Source: Minisyncoccota bacterium (GTDB lineage Bacteria; Patescibacteriota; Minisyncoccia; Phycocordibacterales; UBA2100). From it: a stretch of DNA of 64,000 nucleotides. The stretch spans positions 201,697 through 265,696 of the forward strand of contig DATJXE010000003.1 of the NCBI GenBank assembly GCA_035500505.1, read 5' to 3'. A program made the position numbers and the translations under genes. Positions 8,890 through 20,138 of the stretch are shown one piece after another. The notes under the pieces were generated by a model, which saw only the letters and a list, made by a program, of their open reading frames with translations, did no database searches and was not told the DNA's origin. Position 1 is the first letter of the stretch; the number at the start of each line of letters is the position of its first letter.

Positions 8890-10371
8890 ATGGGGTCGAG
8901 AATTTTTTGGGCGCTTTGCGTTGGATTTTTATGCGGTGTTTTCGTACGTTCGTTCGTGCCGGTCGGATGGAGTTTCGTCGCACTTCTCGCACTGTTCGGA
9001 TCTGCCACCCTCGTTTTTCAGTTCATTGATCGCGAAAAGGCACAAACATATACCGTTGTGGCCGTCACGCTTTTTGCCTGCGCCGCGGGCATCGCTCGGA
9101 TGCATGTCGCTGTTGCGACAGGGGACCCGAGCCTCACGGCTGACCTCGGCAAAAACGTCATACTTGGAGGGATAATTTTGCAGGAGCCTGATGCGCGCGA
9201 TACGACGACGCTCGTAACACTCGACGTTTCCACACTCGTCGGCGCAAACGTGCCCGTACATGCTGGCGTTCTGGTGCAACTTCCTGCACACGCGCGAGTT
9301 GCGTACGGCGAGCATGTACAGGTGTCGGGAACGTTGAAATTACCCGAAGCGTTCGACACGGGGCTCGGCAGGCAATTCGAATATCCGGAGTATTTGGCGG
9401 CGCAAGGCATCCAATACCAACTTGGTTATGCGAAGATCGATTCGATACTCGGGCAAGGTGGAGACCCGATAAAAAAGTTTTCGATACGCACTAAAGAATT
9501 GTTCCTACAGGGGCTCGACTACGTCTTGCCCGACCCGGAGGCGGCGCTCGCAGGAGGGATCACCGTAGGCGATAAACGTTCGGTCGGCCCGGATCTCTCG
9601 AGAGATTTTCAACGCGACTCCCTGGTGCACATGATCGTGCTCTCCGGATACAACATCACGGTCGTTCTGAACGCGGTCGCACGGTTGCTCGCGTGGGCCC
9701 CGAGATCCTTGCAGTTCGGCGGCAGCATTGCAACGGTCGTCTTTTTCATTTGCATGTCGGGGGGAGCGTCGAGCGCGACCCGTGCTGGACTCATGGCGCT
9801 CATCGCCGTATTCGCGCGAGCAACGCACCGCACGTATCTTGGCGAACGTGTGCTCGCGTCCGCATCGCTCGTCATGGTCGCTTGGGATCCGTGGACGCTC
9901 TGCTTCGACCCGAGTTTCCAGCTCTCCGCGCTTGCGACGCTCGGTCTCATTTTGTTCACGCCAACCTTCGCAGGCTGGTTCTCAAGAGTGCCGGAAAAGC
10001 TCGGTGCGCGCGAAATTCTCGCCTCGACCTGCGCGACCCAACTCATGGTGTTGCCGCTTCTCCTCTATCAGAACGGCACGCTTTCGCTTGTCGCCCTTCC
10101 AGCCAACCTTCTAGCGCTTCTTCCCGTACCCTGGGCGATGTTCTTTTCACTCGTCGCGGCGCTCGCTGGGATGCTGTTCGGGGGAATTGCTGCAATGGTC
10201 GCCCTCCCGGCGTACGCACTTCTCTGGTACGTCATTTCCGTCGCGCATCTTTTTGCTTCACTTCCGTTCGCTGCCATATCGATTCCCGCGTTCAGTGCGT
10301 GGTGGATATTCCTTGCATATGCGACGCTTTTGGGGTCGTTTGCGGCCTTCAAAAAGAAAACGGCGGGGTGA
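8890..10371 (+). CDS. comEC: ComEC/Rec2 competence protein, OB + membrane channel part
   Basis: LVHMIVLSGYNIT, ASSATRAGLM, FDPSFQLSALAT, ANLL; many TM helices; no C-terminal beta-lactamase domain. Confidence 0.9.
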   Translation: MGSRIFWALCVGFLCGVFVRSFVPVGWSFVALLALFGSATLVFQFIDREKAQTYTVVAVTLFACAAGIARMHVAVATGDPSLTADLGKNVILGGIILQEPDARDTTTLVTLDVSTLVGANVPVHAGVLVQLPAHARVAYGEHVQVSGTLKLPEAFDTGLGRQFEYPEYLAAQGIQYQLGYAKIDSILGQGGDPIKKFSIRTKELFLQGLDYVLPDPEAALAGGITVGDKRSVGPDLSRDFQRDSLVHMIVLSGYNITVVLNAVARLLAWAPRSLQFGGSIATVVFFICMSGGASSATRAGLMALIAVFARATHRTYLGERVLASASLVMVAWDPWTLCFDPSFQLSALATLGLILFTPTFAGWFSRVPEKLGAREILASTCATQLMVLPLLLYQNGTLSLVALPANLLALLPVPWAMFFSLVAALAGMLFGGIAAMVALPAYALLWYVISVAHLFASLPFAAISIPAFSAWWIFLAYATLLGSFAAFKKKTAG

Positions 10372-10399
10372 CCGCCGTTTTCTTGAAGCATCGATGAGA

Positions 10400-10876
10400 T
10401 TACATCGTCCGCTGCGGCATCGATACGCCGATCGAAGATTGCGGCATGTTCGAAGTCTTGCGGTTCATTAGCCAGCCGATGACAACGCCCGGCACGATCC
10501 AGTAGCCGAAGAGAACTGCCGTCGTCCAGCTCCAGAGGAAGGGCCCGAAGTTCGGAAGGACGCTCATGAGCGTCGAAAAGGAAGCGGTCTGGACCAAAAC
10601 GCCCGAGACGCCGGTCACGAACGCGGTCACGATGGATACGACGAAGCCGATGATGCCGAACCAAATGCCGGCTTTGAGAGCCATTGAAGGGGACACCGTC
10701 TTCAAGTACCACCAGGTCATGATGGCGATGAGGACTGCCGCCACCACGATAAAGGTGGCGTACTGGACCGTAAAGGTGCCCGTGCCGGCAGGAACGAACG
10801 CCGCAATGGCAGCGACGACGTTATTGACCAGGTAGTTACCCAAAAACGCGATTAAAATGGCTCGTTCGATTTTCAT
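10400..10876 (-). CDS. Hypothetical membrane protein (about 4 TM helices)
   Basis: Hydrophobic ORF; start chosen at MKIERAIL. Confidence 0.7.
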   Translation of the reverse strand: MKIERAILIAFLGNYLVNNVVAAIAAFVPAGTGTFTVQYATFIVVAAVLIAIMTWWYLKTVSPSMALKAGIWFGIIGFVVSIVTAFVTGVSGVLVQTASFSTLMSVLPNFGPFLWSWTTAVLFGYWIVPGVVIGWLMNRKTSNMPQSSIGVSMPQRTM

Positions 10877-10910
10877 AAAGTGTTTACTATTCCCTAATGC
10901 CCACAGGATA

Positions 10911-11501
10911 TCATGAAATAGGGGCTTCAAAACGCTTTTCCACAACACCCCAATTCAGGTTTTTGAAGAACGCATCCAGATACTTGCCCCTGCCGGAAGC
11001 GCCGTAGTCGAGGATGTAGGCGTGTTCCCACACATCGAGAGCGAGGACGATGGGAAGCGTGACGAAATGTCCTTGATGTTGCTCGCCGGTGAAGCCCGCG
11101 AGGAGCTGCCGACCGTATGCGTCCCAGTAAAGGATCGCCCAACCAGGGCCTCGCAGCGAAGCAACGGCCTTGAAGTAGGGTTCAAAATGTTCGAGCTTTT
11201 GATATTCTTTTTCAAACTGTGCGGCGAGCGCGCTTTTGGGGTCAAGCGCCTTCGCACCGCCTTCGAACTGCGGAAAGTAGTGTTCGTGGAGGCGCATGCC
11301 GCCGAACTCGAACGACCGTCGACGCAGCACCTCGTGAAGCGCCGGCATATACTTCGGGTCCTTCGAAAGTTCGGGCATCAACGCAGAAAGCGCATTGAAA
11401 TTTTTTACGTACCCTTGATAGAGCCCGATATGTTCGTCCATCGTTTTCTTTGAGATGCCCTCGAGCTCGGGAAAGGTGAATGTTTTGGCTTCGTAGTTCA
11501 T
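10911..11501 (-). CDS. Fe/Mn superoxide dismutase family protein
   Basis: EHIGLYQGYV, LHEHYF, GPGWAIL, LDVWEHAY metal-ligand motifs. Confidence 0.92.
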   Translation of the reverse strand: MNYEAKTFTFPELEGISKKTMDEHIGLYQGYVKNFNALSALMPELSKDPKYMPALHEVLRRRSFEFGGMRLHEHYFPQFEGGAKALDPKSALAAQFEKEYQKLEHFEPYFKAVASLRGPGWAILYWDAYGRQLLAGFTGEQHQGHFVTLPIVLALDVWEHAYILDYGASGRGKYLDAFFKNLNWGVVEKRFEAPIS

Positions 11502-11578
11502 AAAGAAAATCTGAATAACGGGTAGATACGCAAAGTATAGCATCAAGGTTCCTGAAGGTGGCGTGAGAGACTTGCCGG

Positions 11579-12406
11579 ATGCGCAGGAGCGTGAAGGTTC
11601 TCGGAGCCGGCCTTCTCATACTGGCTGCGGCGACCAGTTTGATCTGGTACGCGGATGTACGAGAAGATCATCGCGGAATGCTGGTCGTTTCTTTTCTCGA
11701 CGTCGGAGCCGGAGATGCCGTTTTTATCCAAGCGCCATCGGGTCGGCAAGTATTGGTCGACGGCGGATCTGATGATTCGATATTGCGACAACTGGGCACC
11801 GTGATGCCTTTTTATGACCGCTCTCTCGATGCTGTCGTTGCGACCGCTCCGCTCGTCGACAAAGTCGGCGGGCTCACGAATGTACTCTCGCGTTACACGA
11901 TAGCAACGATAGTCCGCTCCGCGGCACGCTCCGGCGCACCGCAGGTGCAGGCTTTCGATGGCGCCCTCACGAGCGCGGAAGCTCGGGGCACTCGTTTGCT
12001 GGTCGCGCAGCGCGGGCAACTGATCGACCTCGACAGCGGTACATATATGGAAATATTTTTCCCGGATCGCGACGCATCCAACATGGCACCAAGCGACGGT
12101 TGCTTGGTCATGAGGCTCGTATACGGTAGAACATCGTTCTTCTTTTCGTGCGGTCCCCCTGCCCTCGAAAGTTACCTGGCGACGCTGGATGGCACAAAAC
12201 TCAAGTCCGATGTTCTCCTCGCGACAGGCAGGGACCCGGAGCTGTTCGTCGGATTCGTTTCTCCGCAATTCGCCGTCGTACCGCAATCGTGCAACATTGA
12301 AGCGACCTCCTCGGTATTCTCGGAACTTGGCGTCCAAACGCTCGACACCTGTGACGGGTCGGTCACCTTCGTTTCCGATGGGCAGACGGTCAGTACTTCT
12401 ACCTAA
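11579..12406 (+). CDS. ComEC-type metallo-beta-lactamase-fold protein with degenerate metal site
   Basis: N-terminal TM, FLDVGAGDAVFI, VLVDGG; canonical THxDxDH replaced by TAPLVDK. Confidence 0.8.
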   Translation: MRRSVKVLGAGLLILAAATSLIWYADVREDHRGMLVVSFLDVGAGDAVFIQAPSGRQVLVDGGSDDSILRQLGTVMPFYDRSLDAVVATAPLVDKVGGLTNVLSRYTIATIVRSAARSGAPQVQAFDGALTSAEARGTRLLVAQRGQLIDLDSGTYMEIFFPDRDASNMAPSDGCLVMRLVYGRTSFFFSCGPPALESYLATLDGTKLKSDVLLATGRDPELFVGFVSPQFAVVPQSCNIEATSSVFSELGVQTLDTCDGSVTFVSDGQTVSTST

Positions 12407-12648
12407 CTAACGATCCCTGCAGCTTTGAGCGTTTTATATGCGCCGCGCTTTTTCATCGTTTTGAGCCCTTTCGTCGAAACGTTGATGGTTATCTTCCTGC
12501 CGAGCTCCGGCACGAAAATGGTTTTCTTTTGGATATTTACCTGACGGCGGCGAGCACCGGTCGGGTTGAACTTGGTCGCACGCGTGCGGTTGGAATACCC
12601 ACCGCCGACCTGGGACTTCTTGCCTGTTATGTCGCACACTTTTGCCAT
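12403..12648 (-). CDS. rpmB: 50S ribosomal protein L28
   Basis: MAKVCDITGK...RRQVNIQKK...VSTKGLKT. Confidence 0.92.
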   Translation of the reverse strand: MAKVCDITGKKSQVGGGYSNRTRATKFNPTGARRRQVNIQKKTIFVPELGRKITINVSTKGLKTMKKRGAYKTLKAAGIVS

Positions 12649-12706
12649 ACGTCGGCGCACTATACACAAAGAGACGTGAGCTGGCAATCCGGCTATACTT
12701 CAATGT

Positions 12707-13171
12707 ATGGGCAATCCGGAGCAACCGTCGTGGACCAATAAGAAGGGGTGGGCGCGCGCCGAAGATGCAGAAAAGCTGCTCGGGCCGGAAGAGGTGCAGC
12801 GGATACGCGACAAAAGAAAGCAAGAGCGCGAGACGCTGAGTTCTATGGATAAAATAGTGTTTGCCGAATATTATGAACACGTTAAAGAACTCGGTGGCGT
12901 TTTTGCGTACACGTATAACATAGATAAATACGGAAACTTAATTGATCCTGGAGACGGAATAGGGCCAGACCTACTTTCTTGCTCTCCATCCGAGGCGAAG
13001 AACATTGAAGGCAGGTTAGCGTATTGTTGTACAGCGGAAGACATTCGCGCAGGTGCCGCCGCGCTCACGCGGTCTTACCCGGACATGGAGTTCAGTTTCG
13101 AAGAGGATAGAACGAAGCGAACACTGGCGTATACCGTTACGCTGAAAAAGGAAGAGGGACCCGGAATTTAG
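12707..13171 (+). CDS. Hypothetical protein
   Basis: 154-aa ORF with a TATACT box just upstream; no recognised motif. Confidence 0.6.
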   Translation: MGNPEQPSWTNKKGWARAEDAEKLLGPEEVQRIRDKRKQERETLSSMDKIVFAEYYEHVKELGGVFAYTYNIDKYGNLIDPGDGIGPDLLSCSPSEAKNIEGRLAYCCTAEDIRAGAAALTRSYPDMEFSFEEDRTKRTLAYTVTLKKEEGPGI

Positions 13172-13192
13172 CAGAGTTGCTATACTGGCCCG

Positions 13193-13825
13193 ATGGATAT
13201 CACCGCCGATGTTTTCATCATCGTCATCGTCATATTCTCCGCCATCATCCACGAGGTGATGCACGGCGTTGCGGCCGATTACCTTGGCGACAAGACCGCG
13301 CGCTATGCCGGTCGCCTTACCCTCAACCCCATCCCGCACATCGATCCGTTCGGCTCCATTCTCTTGCCGCTTCTCCTCGCGTTATCGGGCTCTCCGATAT
13401 TTTTCGGTTGGGCCAAGCCGGTGCCATACAATCCCTACAACTTGCGGCCAGGACGATTCAGCGAGGCCATCGTCGCGGGGGCCGGACCTGCGTCAAACCT
13501 TGTCATCGCGCTCATCTTTGGTGCGATCGTTCGGTTTCAAGTTCTTGGCCCGACGGTCAATACGGCGCTCTTCCTCGTGGTCGTCATCAACGTCATGCTC
13601 TGCATCTTCAACCTCATTCCGATCCCGCCCCTGGACGGCTCCAAGGTGCTTGAAGCTCTCCTGCCTCGCTCTTGGCAGTACGGCTACTCCCGCTGGCGTC
13701 GGAGCATGGAGATGAATCCTTTCATCGGTATGGTATTGGTCGTCATCATTATCCTCCTTCTAGGCGGCGCGTTCAGTAACCTTATATATGCAGTTGCGAG
13801 CGGTATTGCGGGCTTTTCTTTGTAA
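13193..13825 (+). CDS. Site-2 protease family (peptidase M50) membrane metalloprotease
   Basis: HEVMH, GRLTLNP, GWAKPVP, AGPASN, FNLIPIPPLDG. Confidence 0.95.
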   Translation: MDITADVFIIVIVIFSAIIHEVMHGVAADYLGDKTARYAGRLTLNPIPHIDPFGSILLPLLLALSGSPIFFGWAKPVPYNPYNLRPGRFSEAIVAGAGPASNLVIALIFGAIVRFQVLGPTVNTALFLVVVINVMLCIFNLIPIPPLDGSKVLEALLPRSWQYGYSRWRRSMEMNPFIGMVLVVIIILLLGGAFSNLIYAVASGIAGFSL

Positions 13826-13835
13826 AAGCAAAAGA

Positions 13836-13867
13836 AGAATGCGCCCCCTATATGGAAGGCGCATTCT
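13836..13867. terminator. Hairpin between convergent genes, probable terminator
   Basis: agaatgcgcc ... ggcgcattct with an A-rich left flank (U tail on the minus strand). Confidence 0.6.
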
Positions 13868-13885
13868 AGCCGCTCGAAGTGAAAA

Positions 13886-14287
13886 TTAGGCGGCTTTTGC
13901 CATAAGGCGATACGAATCGATAACCATTCTCCAAGCAAGATTCATGCTGCGGTTATCCAGCGAAATCGGTACCGTGAATCCGACGCCGACGGGACCGTAG
14001 CGAAGCTTCTCAGGTGCATCGTAGAAGTTGCCGAACACTTGAGCCAAGGCACACGCGCGATCCGACTCGATCTTGAGCGCTTTCGGATCTAATCGCGCGA
14101 CCGACCCCGGGACTTCGCGTTCTAGCGCTTCCGCACTACGGCGAGCATAGACCAGGGCGCTTTCGAGTCGTTTTGCTTTCCTCTCGGCCAAGGAAGCGCG
14201 ATAGTTGTCGACCCAAGAAAAGATCCTTCGAGCAAACGAAGGCGTCTTCGGCGTTGTCTGAAAGGGTAGGGCAAGTGCGGTGTTCAT
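13886..14287 (-). CDS. Hypothetical protein
   Basis: 133-aa ORF with GAGGA Shine-Dalgarno-like sequence upstream. Confidence 0.6.
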   Translation of the reverse strand: MNTALALPFQTTPKTPSFARRIFSWVDNYRASLAERKAKRLESALVYARRSAEALEREVPGSVARLDPKALKIESDRACALAQVFGNFYDAPEKLRYGPVGVGFTVPISLDNRSMNLAWRMVIDSYRLMAKAA

Positions 14288-14410
14288 GTGTTCGTCCTCG
14301 TATTTCCGGGAGCTTATGCTCCCGGTCCGCTAAAAGCCTGCCATATCTTGCGTTTGTATTCAATAGATAGTACACTCGCCGAGTCCCCGTCGGGGATTTT
14401 TAGTTGAAAC

Positions 14411-14827
14411 ATGGCCACAATAAACCAACTCACCCGCAAAGGCCGCACGGCCCGCCGCGGCAAGGACAAGACCATCGCGCTCTCGCGTGGCTTTAACACG
14501 CTCAAAAATCGCCCCACCTTCTATTCCTCGCCCTTCAAGCGCGGCGTCTGCACCCAGGTAACGACGAAAACCCCCCGCAAACCGAACTCCGCCATCCGCA
14601 AGATCGCGCGTGTTCGTCTCACCAACGGCATGGAGATTACCGCTTACATTCCGGGCGAAGGACACAACTTGCAAGAACACTCGGTCGTGTTGGTGCGCGG
14701 TGGGCGCGTGAAGGACATCGGTATCCGCTACACCATCGTGCGCGGCAAACTCGACACTGCCGGCATCGACAAGCGCCGTCGCGGCCGCTCGCTCTATGGC
14801 GCGAAGAAACCGAAGGGGGAGAAATAA
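14411..14827 (+). CDS. rpsL: 30S ribosomal protein S12
   Basis: [31 protein letters not shown]. Confidence 0.98.
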   Translation: MATINQLTRKGRTARRGKDKTIALSRGFNTLKNRPTFYSSPFKRGVCTQVTTKTPRKPNSAIRKIARVRLTNGMEITAYIPGEGHNLQEHSVVLVRGGRVKDIGIRYTIVRGKLDTAGIDKRRRGRSLYGAKKPKGEK

Positions 14828-14830
14828 TAT

Positions 14831-15292
14831 ATGCGACGCCCCGTCAAAAATCGTAAACCAGTGCAGCCGGACGAAGTCTACGGCTCCGTGAAAGTATCGA
14901 AGCTCATCAATTATGTGATGGAGCGCGGCAAGAAGGACACCGCGCGCAAGATCGTCTACAAGGTGATGGAAGACCTTAAGAAAGACGGCGACCCTGTCGC
15001 GCTCTTGGAGCAGGCGCTCGAAAATGCATCGCCGACCGTCGAAGTCCGCTCACGTCGCGTCGGTGGTGCCAACTACCAGGTGCCGCGCGAGGTCAACCCC
15101 AATCGCCGCTTGAGTTTGGGCATGCGCTGGATAGTGGAAGCTGCGGAGGGCACGAAAGGTAAGCCGATGAACGAGTCGCTTTTGAATGAACTCAAAGCCG
15201 CCATCAAGAACGAGGGTGTAGCCGTCACCAAGAAAGAAACGACGCACCGCATGGCAGAGGCAAATAAAGCCTTCGCACACTTCGCCTGGTAA
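14831..15292 (+). CDS. rpsG: 30S ribosomal protein S7
   Basis: EVRSRRVGGANYQVP, HRMAEANKAFAH. Confidence 0.98.
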   Translation: MRRPVKNRKPVQPDEVYGSVKVSKLINYVMERGKKDTARKIVYKVMEDLKKDGDPVALLEQALENASPTVEVRSRRVGGANYQVPREVNPNRRLSLGMRWIVEAAEGTKGKPMNESLLNELKAAIKNEGVAVTKKETTHRMAEANKAFAHFAW

Positions 15293-15312
15293 GTGCAGTT
15301 GTGCACTCGACC

Positions 15313-15343
15313 CCAAAAACCCCGCTTGGAGCGGGGTTTTTGG
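15313..15343 (+). terminator. Intrinsic terminator after rpsG
   Basis: ccaaaaaccccgc-ttgga-gcggggtttttgg. Confidence 0.8.
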
Positions 15344-15359
15344 CGCTACAATAAATCTT

Positions 15360-15902
15360 ATGAAGCGGTACTTTATCGAGGAGTCACCGTTCTCGTATTT
15401 TTTCACCGCCGACACGCGAAGTGCGGGCCTGTGGTTCCTGGTACGCCTCTATCTCGCGTGGCAATGGTTGCAGGCCGGATGGGAGAAGCTGCACGATGCT
15501 GCGTGGGTGGGTGCCAGTGCGGGTACCGCGCTTTCCGGTTTTGTACAGGGAGCACTCGCCAAAACGACCGGCGCGCACCCGGACGTGCAAGGCTGGTACG
15601 CCTCGTTTTTGCAGACTTTTGTTCTGCCGCATGCCGCATTGTTCTCGCATCTCGTCGCGTGGGGAGAATTTTTGGTGGGGGTCGCGCTTGTCATCGGCTT
15701 CCTCACGGGCTTGTCGGCTTTCTTCGGCATCTTTATGAACCTCAACTACCTCCTTGCCGGAGCCGTGAGCGTGAATCCCATCATGTATACCCTCGGCATC
15801 GGGGTCGTGCTCGCGTGGCGCGTCGCCGGGTATTGGGGCGCGGATCGCTACGTGCTCCCGCTCTTGAGCAAGTATCTGCGGCCGCGTCTGCGGGAAGGAT
15901 GA
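15360..15902 (+). CDS. DoxX family membrane protein (TQO small subunit DoxD-like)
   Basis: RLYLAWQWLQAGWEKL, GEFLVGVALVIG, FMNLNYLLAG, AGYWGADR. Confidence 0.85.
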   Translation: MKRYFIEESPFSYFFTADTRSAGLWFLVRLYLAWQWLQAGWEKLHDAAWVGASAGTALSGFVQGALAKTTGAHPDVQGWYASFLQTFVLPHAALFSHLVAWGEFLVGVALVIGFLTGLSAFFGIFMNLNYLLAGAVSVNPIMYTLGIGVVLAWRVAGYWGADRYVLPLLSKYLRPRLREG

Positions 15903-15962
15903 ATTTCTTGCACTTTCTATTAAATCGGCTACATTACTGAAACGCCTCCGGGCGTTTTCTTT

Positions 15963-18104
15963 ATGGCACGAGACTATCCGTTGGAAAAAGTACGCAATTT
16001 TGGAATAGTGGCGCACGTAGACGCCGGTAAAACGACCACGTCCGAACGAATCCTTTACTACACCGGCGAGAGCCACAAGATCGGTGAGGTGCACGAGGGG
16101 AATACCGTAACCGACTGGATGGAACAGGAGCGCGAGCGCGGCATCACCATCACTGCCGCCGCCATCACCTGTTTTTGGAATCCGACCTACATGGGTACGG
16201 ATATTTCGCAAAAAGTCCGCTTCAACATCATCGACACGCCCGGACACATCGACTTCACCTCGGAAGTGAAGCGCTCCATGCGCGTACTCGACGGTGCGGT
16301 TGTCGTCTTTGACGGCGTTGCCGGCGTCGAGCCGCAATCGGAGACCAACTGGCGCTACGCGGAGGAGGCCAACGTGCCGCGCATCTGCTACATCAACAAA
16401 CTCGACCGCACCGGCGCATCATTCGAGAAATCCTACGCATCCATCCTCGATCGGCTTTCAAAAAAAGCGGTGCGCCTGCAGATCCCTGTCGGCGCGGAGG
16501 ATCAGTTCGAAGGCGTCATCGATCTTCTCAGCATGAAGGCATACAAGTTCGAAGGAGAAATGGGCAAGAACGTGATCGCCTACGATATTCCCGCCAATCT
16601 CATGGATGAAGCGAAGAAGTACCGCGCAGAATTGGTAGAACGCATCGTCGAAAATGATGACGTGGTCATGGCGGATTTCCTCGACGGCAAAGAAATTTCG
16701 TACGATGTCCTCAAGAAAACCCTCCGCAAAGGTGTCGTCGCGAATCAAATTTTCCCTGTCTTGACGGGTTCAAGCCTCAAAAACAAAGGGGTGCAACTCG
16801 TCCTTGATGCGGTCGTCGATTACCTCCCGTCGCCTCTGGATGTGCCGCCGGCGAAAGGTCACAACACGGATACCGGCGCAGAAGAAACTCGCCCAGCTTC
16901 CGACGAAGCTCCATTTTCCGCACTTGTGTTCAAAATTCAGACCGATCCGTTCGTCGGCCAGCTTTCGTTTTTCCGCGTCTATTCAGGAACCTTCGAAGCG
17001 GGCCAGACCATCTACGACTCCGCCAACAACAAGAAAGAACGCGTGGGACGCATCGTGCGATTACAGGCGGATAAACGCGAAGACGTGAAGACGGTCTACG
17101 CCGGCGAGATCGCCGCGGCGGTGGGCATGAAGGAAGTGAAGATCGGCCACACGCTCTGTGATGCGGATCACCCGATCGCGCTTGAATCCATCGTATTTCC
17201 CGAGCCTGTCGTTTCGATGCGTGTTGAGCCCAATACCAAAGCCGACCAGGAACGCATGGGCATGGCGCTTTCGAAGCTTTCCGACGAAGACCCGACATTC
17301 CGCGTTAAGTCCGATGCCGAGACAGGGGAGACCATCATTTCCGGCATGGGCGAATTGCACCTTGAGATCATCATCGATCGTATGAAGCGCGAGTTCAATG
17401 TGCAGGCGACGACCGGGAAGCCACAGGTCGCCTATCGCGAGACCATCCAGGGCACGAGCGACACGGAGTACAAACACATCAAGCAAACGGGCGGTCGCGG
17501 TCAGTACGGTCACGTGAAGATAAAGATGAAACCGCTCGAGCCGGTCGACCCGGACAAGAAGGTGAAGAACAATGTCGATCGCGAGGAACATTTCGAATTC
17601 ATCAACGACATTAAAGGTGGTGTCATCCCGCAGGAGTTCATTCAGCCGGTCAAAAAGGGCATCAAAGAAGCAATGGACCGCGGCGTCTTGGCGGGATTCC
17701 CCGTCGTCGACGTCTCTGTCGACCTCTATGACGGTTCCTATCACGACGTCGACTCGTCCGAAATCGCGTTCAAGCTGGCTGCCATCAACGCGTTCCAGGA
17801 GGGAATGAAAAAGGCGAAGCCGGTCATTCTCGAACCGATAATGAAATTGGAGGTCGTCGTGCCGGAGAAATTCATGGGCGACGTGACCGGCATGATAAAT
17901 TCCAAGCGCGGCGCGATAGAAGCGATGGGGGAGCGTGGACAAGCGCGCGTCATCACCGCCAAAGTGCCGCTCTCGGAACTTTTCGGCTTCACCACGCAGC
18001 TTCGTTCCGCTACCGAAGGCCGCGGTGTCCCCAACCTCGAATTCAGCCACTACGCGGTCGTTCCGCGCAATGTGCAGGAAGAGATCGTCGCGTCCAGGAA
18101 GTAA
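15963..18104 (+). CDS. fusA: Elongation factor G
   Basis: [41 protein letters not shown]. Confidence 0.99.
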   Translation: MARDYPLEKVRNFGIVAHVDAGKTTTSERILYYTGESHKIGEVHEGNTVTDWMEQERERGITITAAAITCFWNPTYMGTDISQKVRFNIIDTPGHIDFTSEVKRSMRVLDGAVVVFDGVAGVEPQSETNWRYAEEANVPRICYINKLDRTGASFEKSYASILDRLSKKAVRLQIPVGAEDQFEGVIDLLSMKAYKFEGEMGKNVIAYDIPANLMDEAKKYRAELVERIVENDDVVMADFLDGKEISYDVLKKTLRKGVVANQIFPVLTGSSLKNKGVQLVLDAVVDYLPSPLDVPPAKGHNTDTGAEETRPASDEAPFSALVFKIQTDPFVGQLSFFRVYSGTFEAGQTIYDSANNKKERVGRIVRLQADKREDVKTVYAGEIAAAVGMKEVKIGHTLCDADHPIALESIVFPEPVVSMRVEPNTKADQERMGMALSKLSDEDPTFRVKSDAETGETIISGMGELHLEIIIDRMKREFNVQATTGKPQVAYRETIQGTSDTEYKHIKQTGGRGQYGHVKIKMKPLEPVDPDKKVKNNVDREEHFEFINDIKGGVIPQEFIQPVKKGIKEAMDRGVLAGFPVVDVSVDLYDGSYHDVDSSEIAFKLAAINAFQEGMKKAKPVILEPIMKLEVVVPEKFMGDVTGMINSKRGAIEAMGERGQARVITAKVPLSELFGFTTQLRSATEGRGVPNLEFSHYAVVPRNVQEEIVASRK

Positions 18105-18147
18105 TAAAAAGACGAGGCCGTCGGCTTTACGCCGACGGCCTTTCGTT
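18105..18147. terminator. Probable bidirectional terminator after fusA
   Basis: aggccgtcggc-tttac-gccgacggcct followed by T-rich bases. Confidence 0.7.
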
Positions 18148-18160
18148 AGTGCGCTCAGGG

Positions 18161-18562
18161 TCAATTCAAGCTGATTCCCGGAGGCCTCTGACCCACGCCG
18201 CGCTTCATGTTGAAGTTCTGCCCACCGACGAACGACTCCATGCAGTTTTGTCCGAGCGCATAGGTTAGTACGCGCAGCAGTTCATCGACGGCATTTTTTG
18301 TGCTCTCTTTGTCCGCTGGCGAAGTCCCGAACAGCACGAAGATTCCCGTTTCTTTCGTGTCGGAAAGCCATTTACCGTGAATCGTGAGCGGAAATTCATT
18401 TCGAGCCGCGCGCATCACGCAAAAAGTCGCGGCGACAGCCTTGATCTCATCGTCAGTGTGTATTTTTCCGGGCTCGATTTCGTCTGTGACGCAGCATAGA
18501 ATCGTCCAACCCACCTCCGACTTGCTCTGTTCCGGTAGTTCGACTCGCGGGCGCTCGTTCAT
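18161..18562 (-). CDS. Hypothetical protein
   Basis: ORF with GGAG upstream of MNERPRVE; inserted antisense between fusA and tuf. Confidence 0.55.
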   Translation of the reverse strand: MNERPRVELPEQSKSEVGWTILCCVTDEIEPGKIHTDDEIKAVAATFCVMRAARNEFPLTIHGKWLSDTKETGIFVLFGTSPADKESTKNAVDELLRVLTYALGQNCMESFVGGQNFNMKRGVGQRPPGISLN

Positions 18563-18845
18563 CGGACTTTCTCCGTTATCCGTCAGTCCACCACAACTTC
18601 GATTATGGCACATATAAAATTAACAGTCAATGAAGGCAGAGAAACCTGCTGACAAAGCCTTGACGCTCCAAAGCATTCTGCTACTATGTCGCCACGCACG
18701 CTCCGTGCGTATTCTTTTGCCTGAAACTTCGACTCGTGCGGATTAGCGACCCGCGTGACGCGAGCGAACGTGAAGCGAAGGATCCTGGAGCACCACTTAC
18801 TGCGTTGGCAATTAATAATTACAAGCTAATTTTTTTGTCAAAAAT

Positions 18846-20045
<1,200 letters not shown>

Positions 20046-20066
20046 TTCTCTCTAGAATTAAGCCAA

Positions 20067-20092
20067 GAAAACCCGCCGAACGGCGGGTTTTC
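20067..20092 (+). terminator. Intrinsic terminator after tuf
   Basis: gaaaacccgccg-aa-cggcgggttttc. Confidence 0.8.
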
Positions 20093-20138
20093 TCGCTTTG
20101 TCTCTTGCTAGTCCTGCGATACGGCATATAGTGAATTT

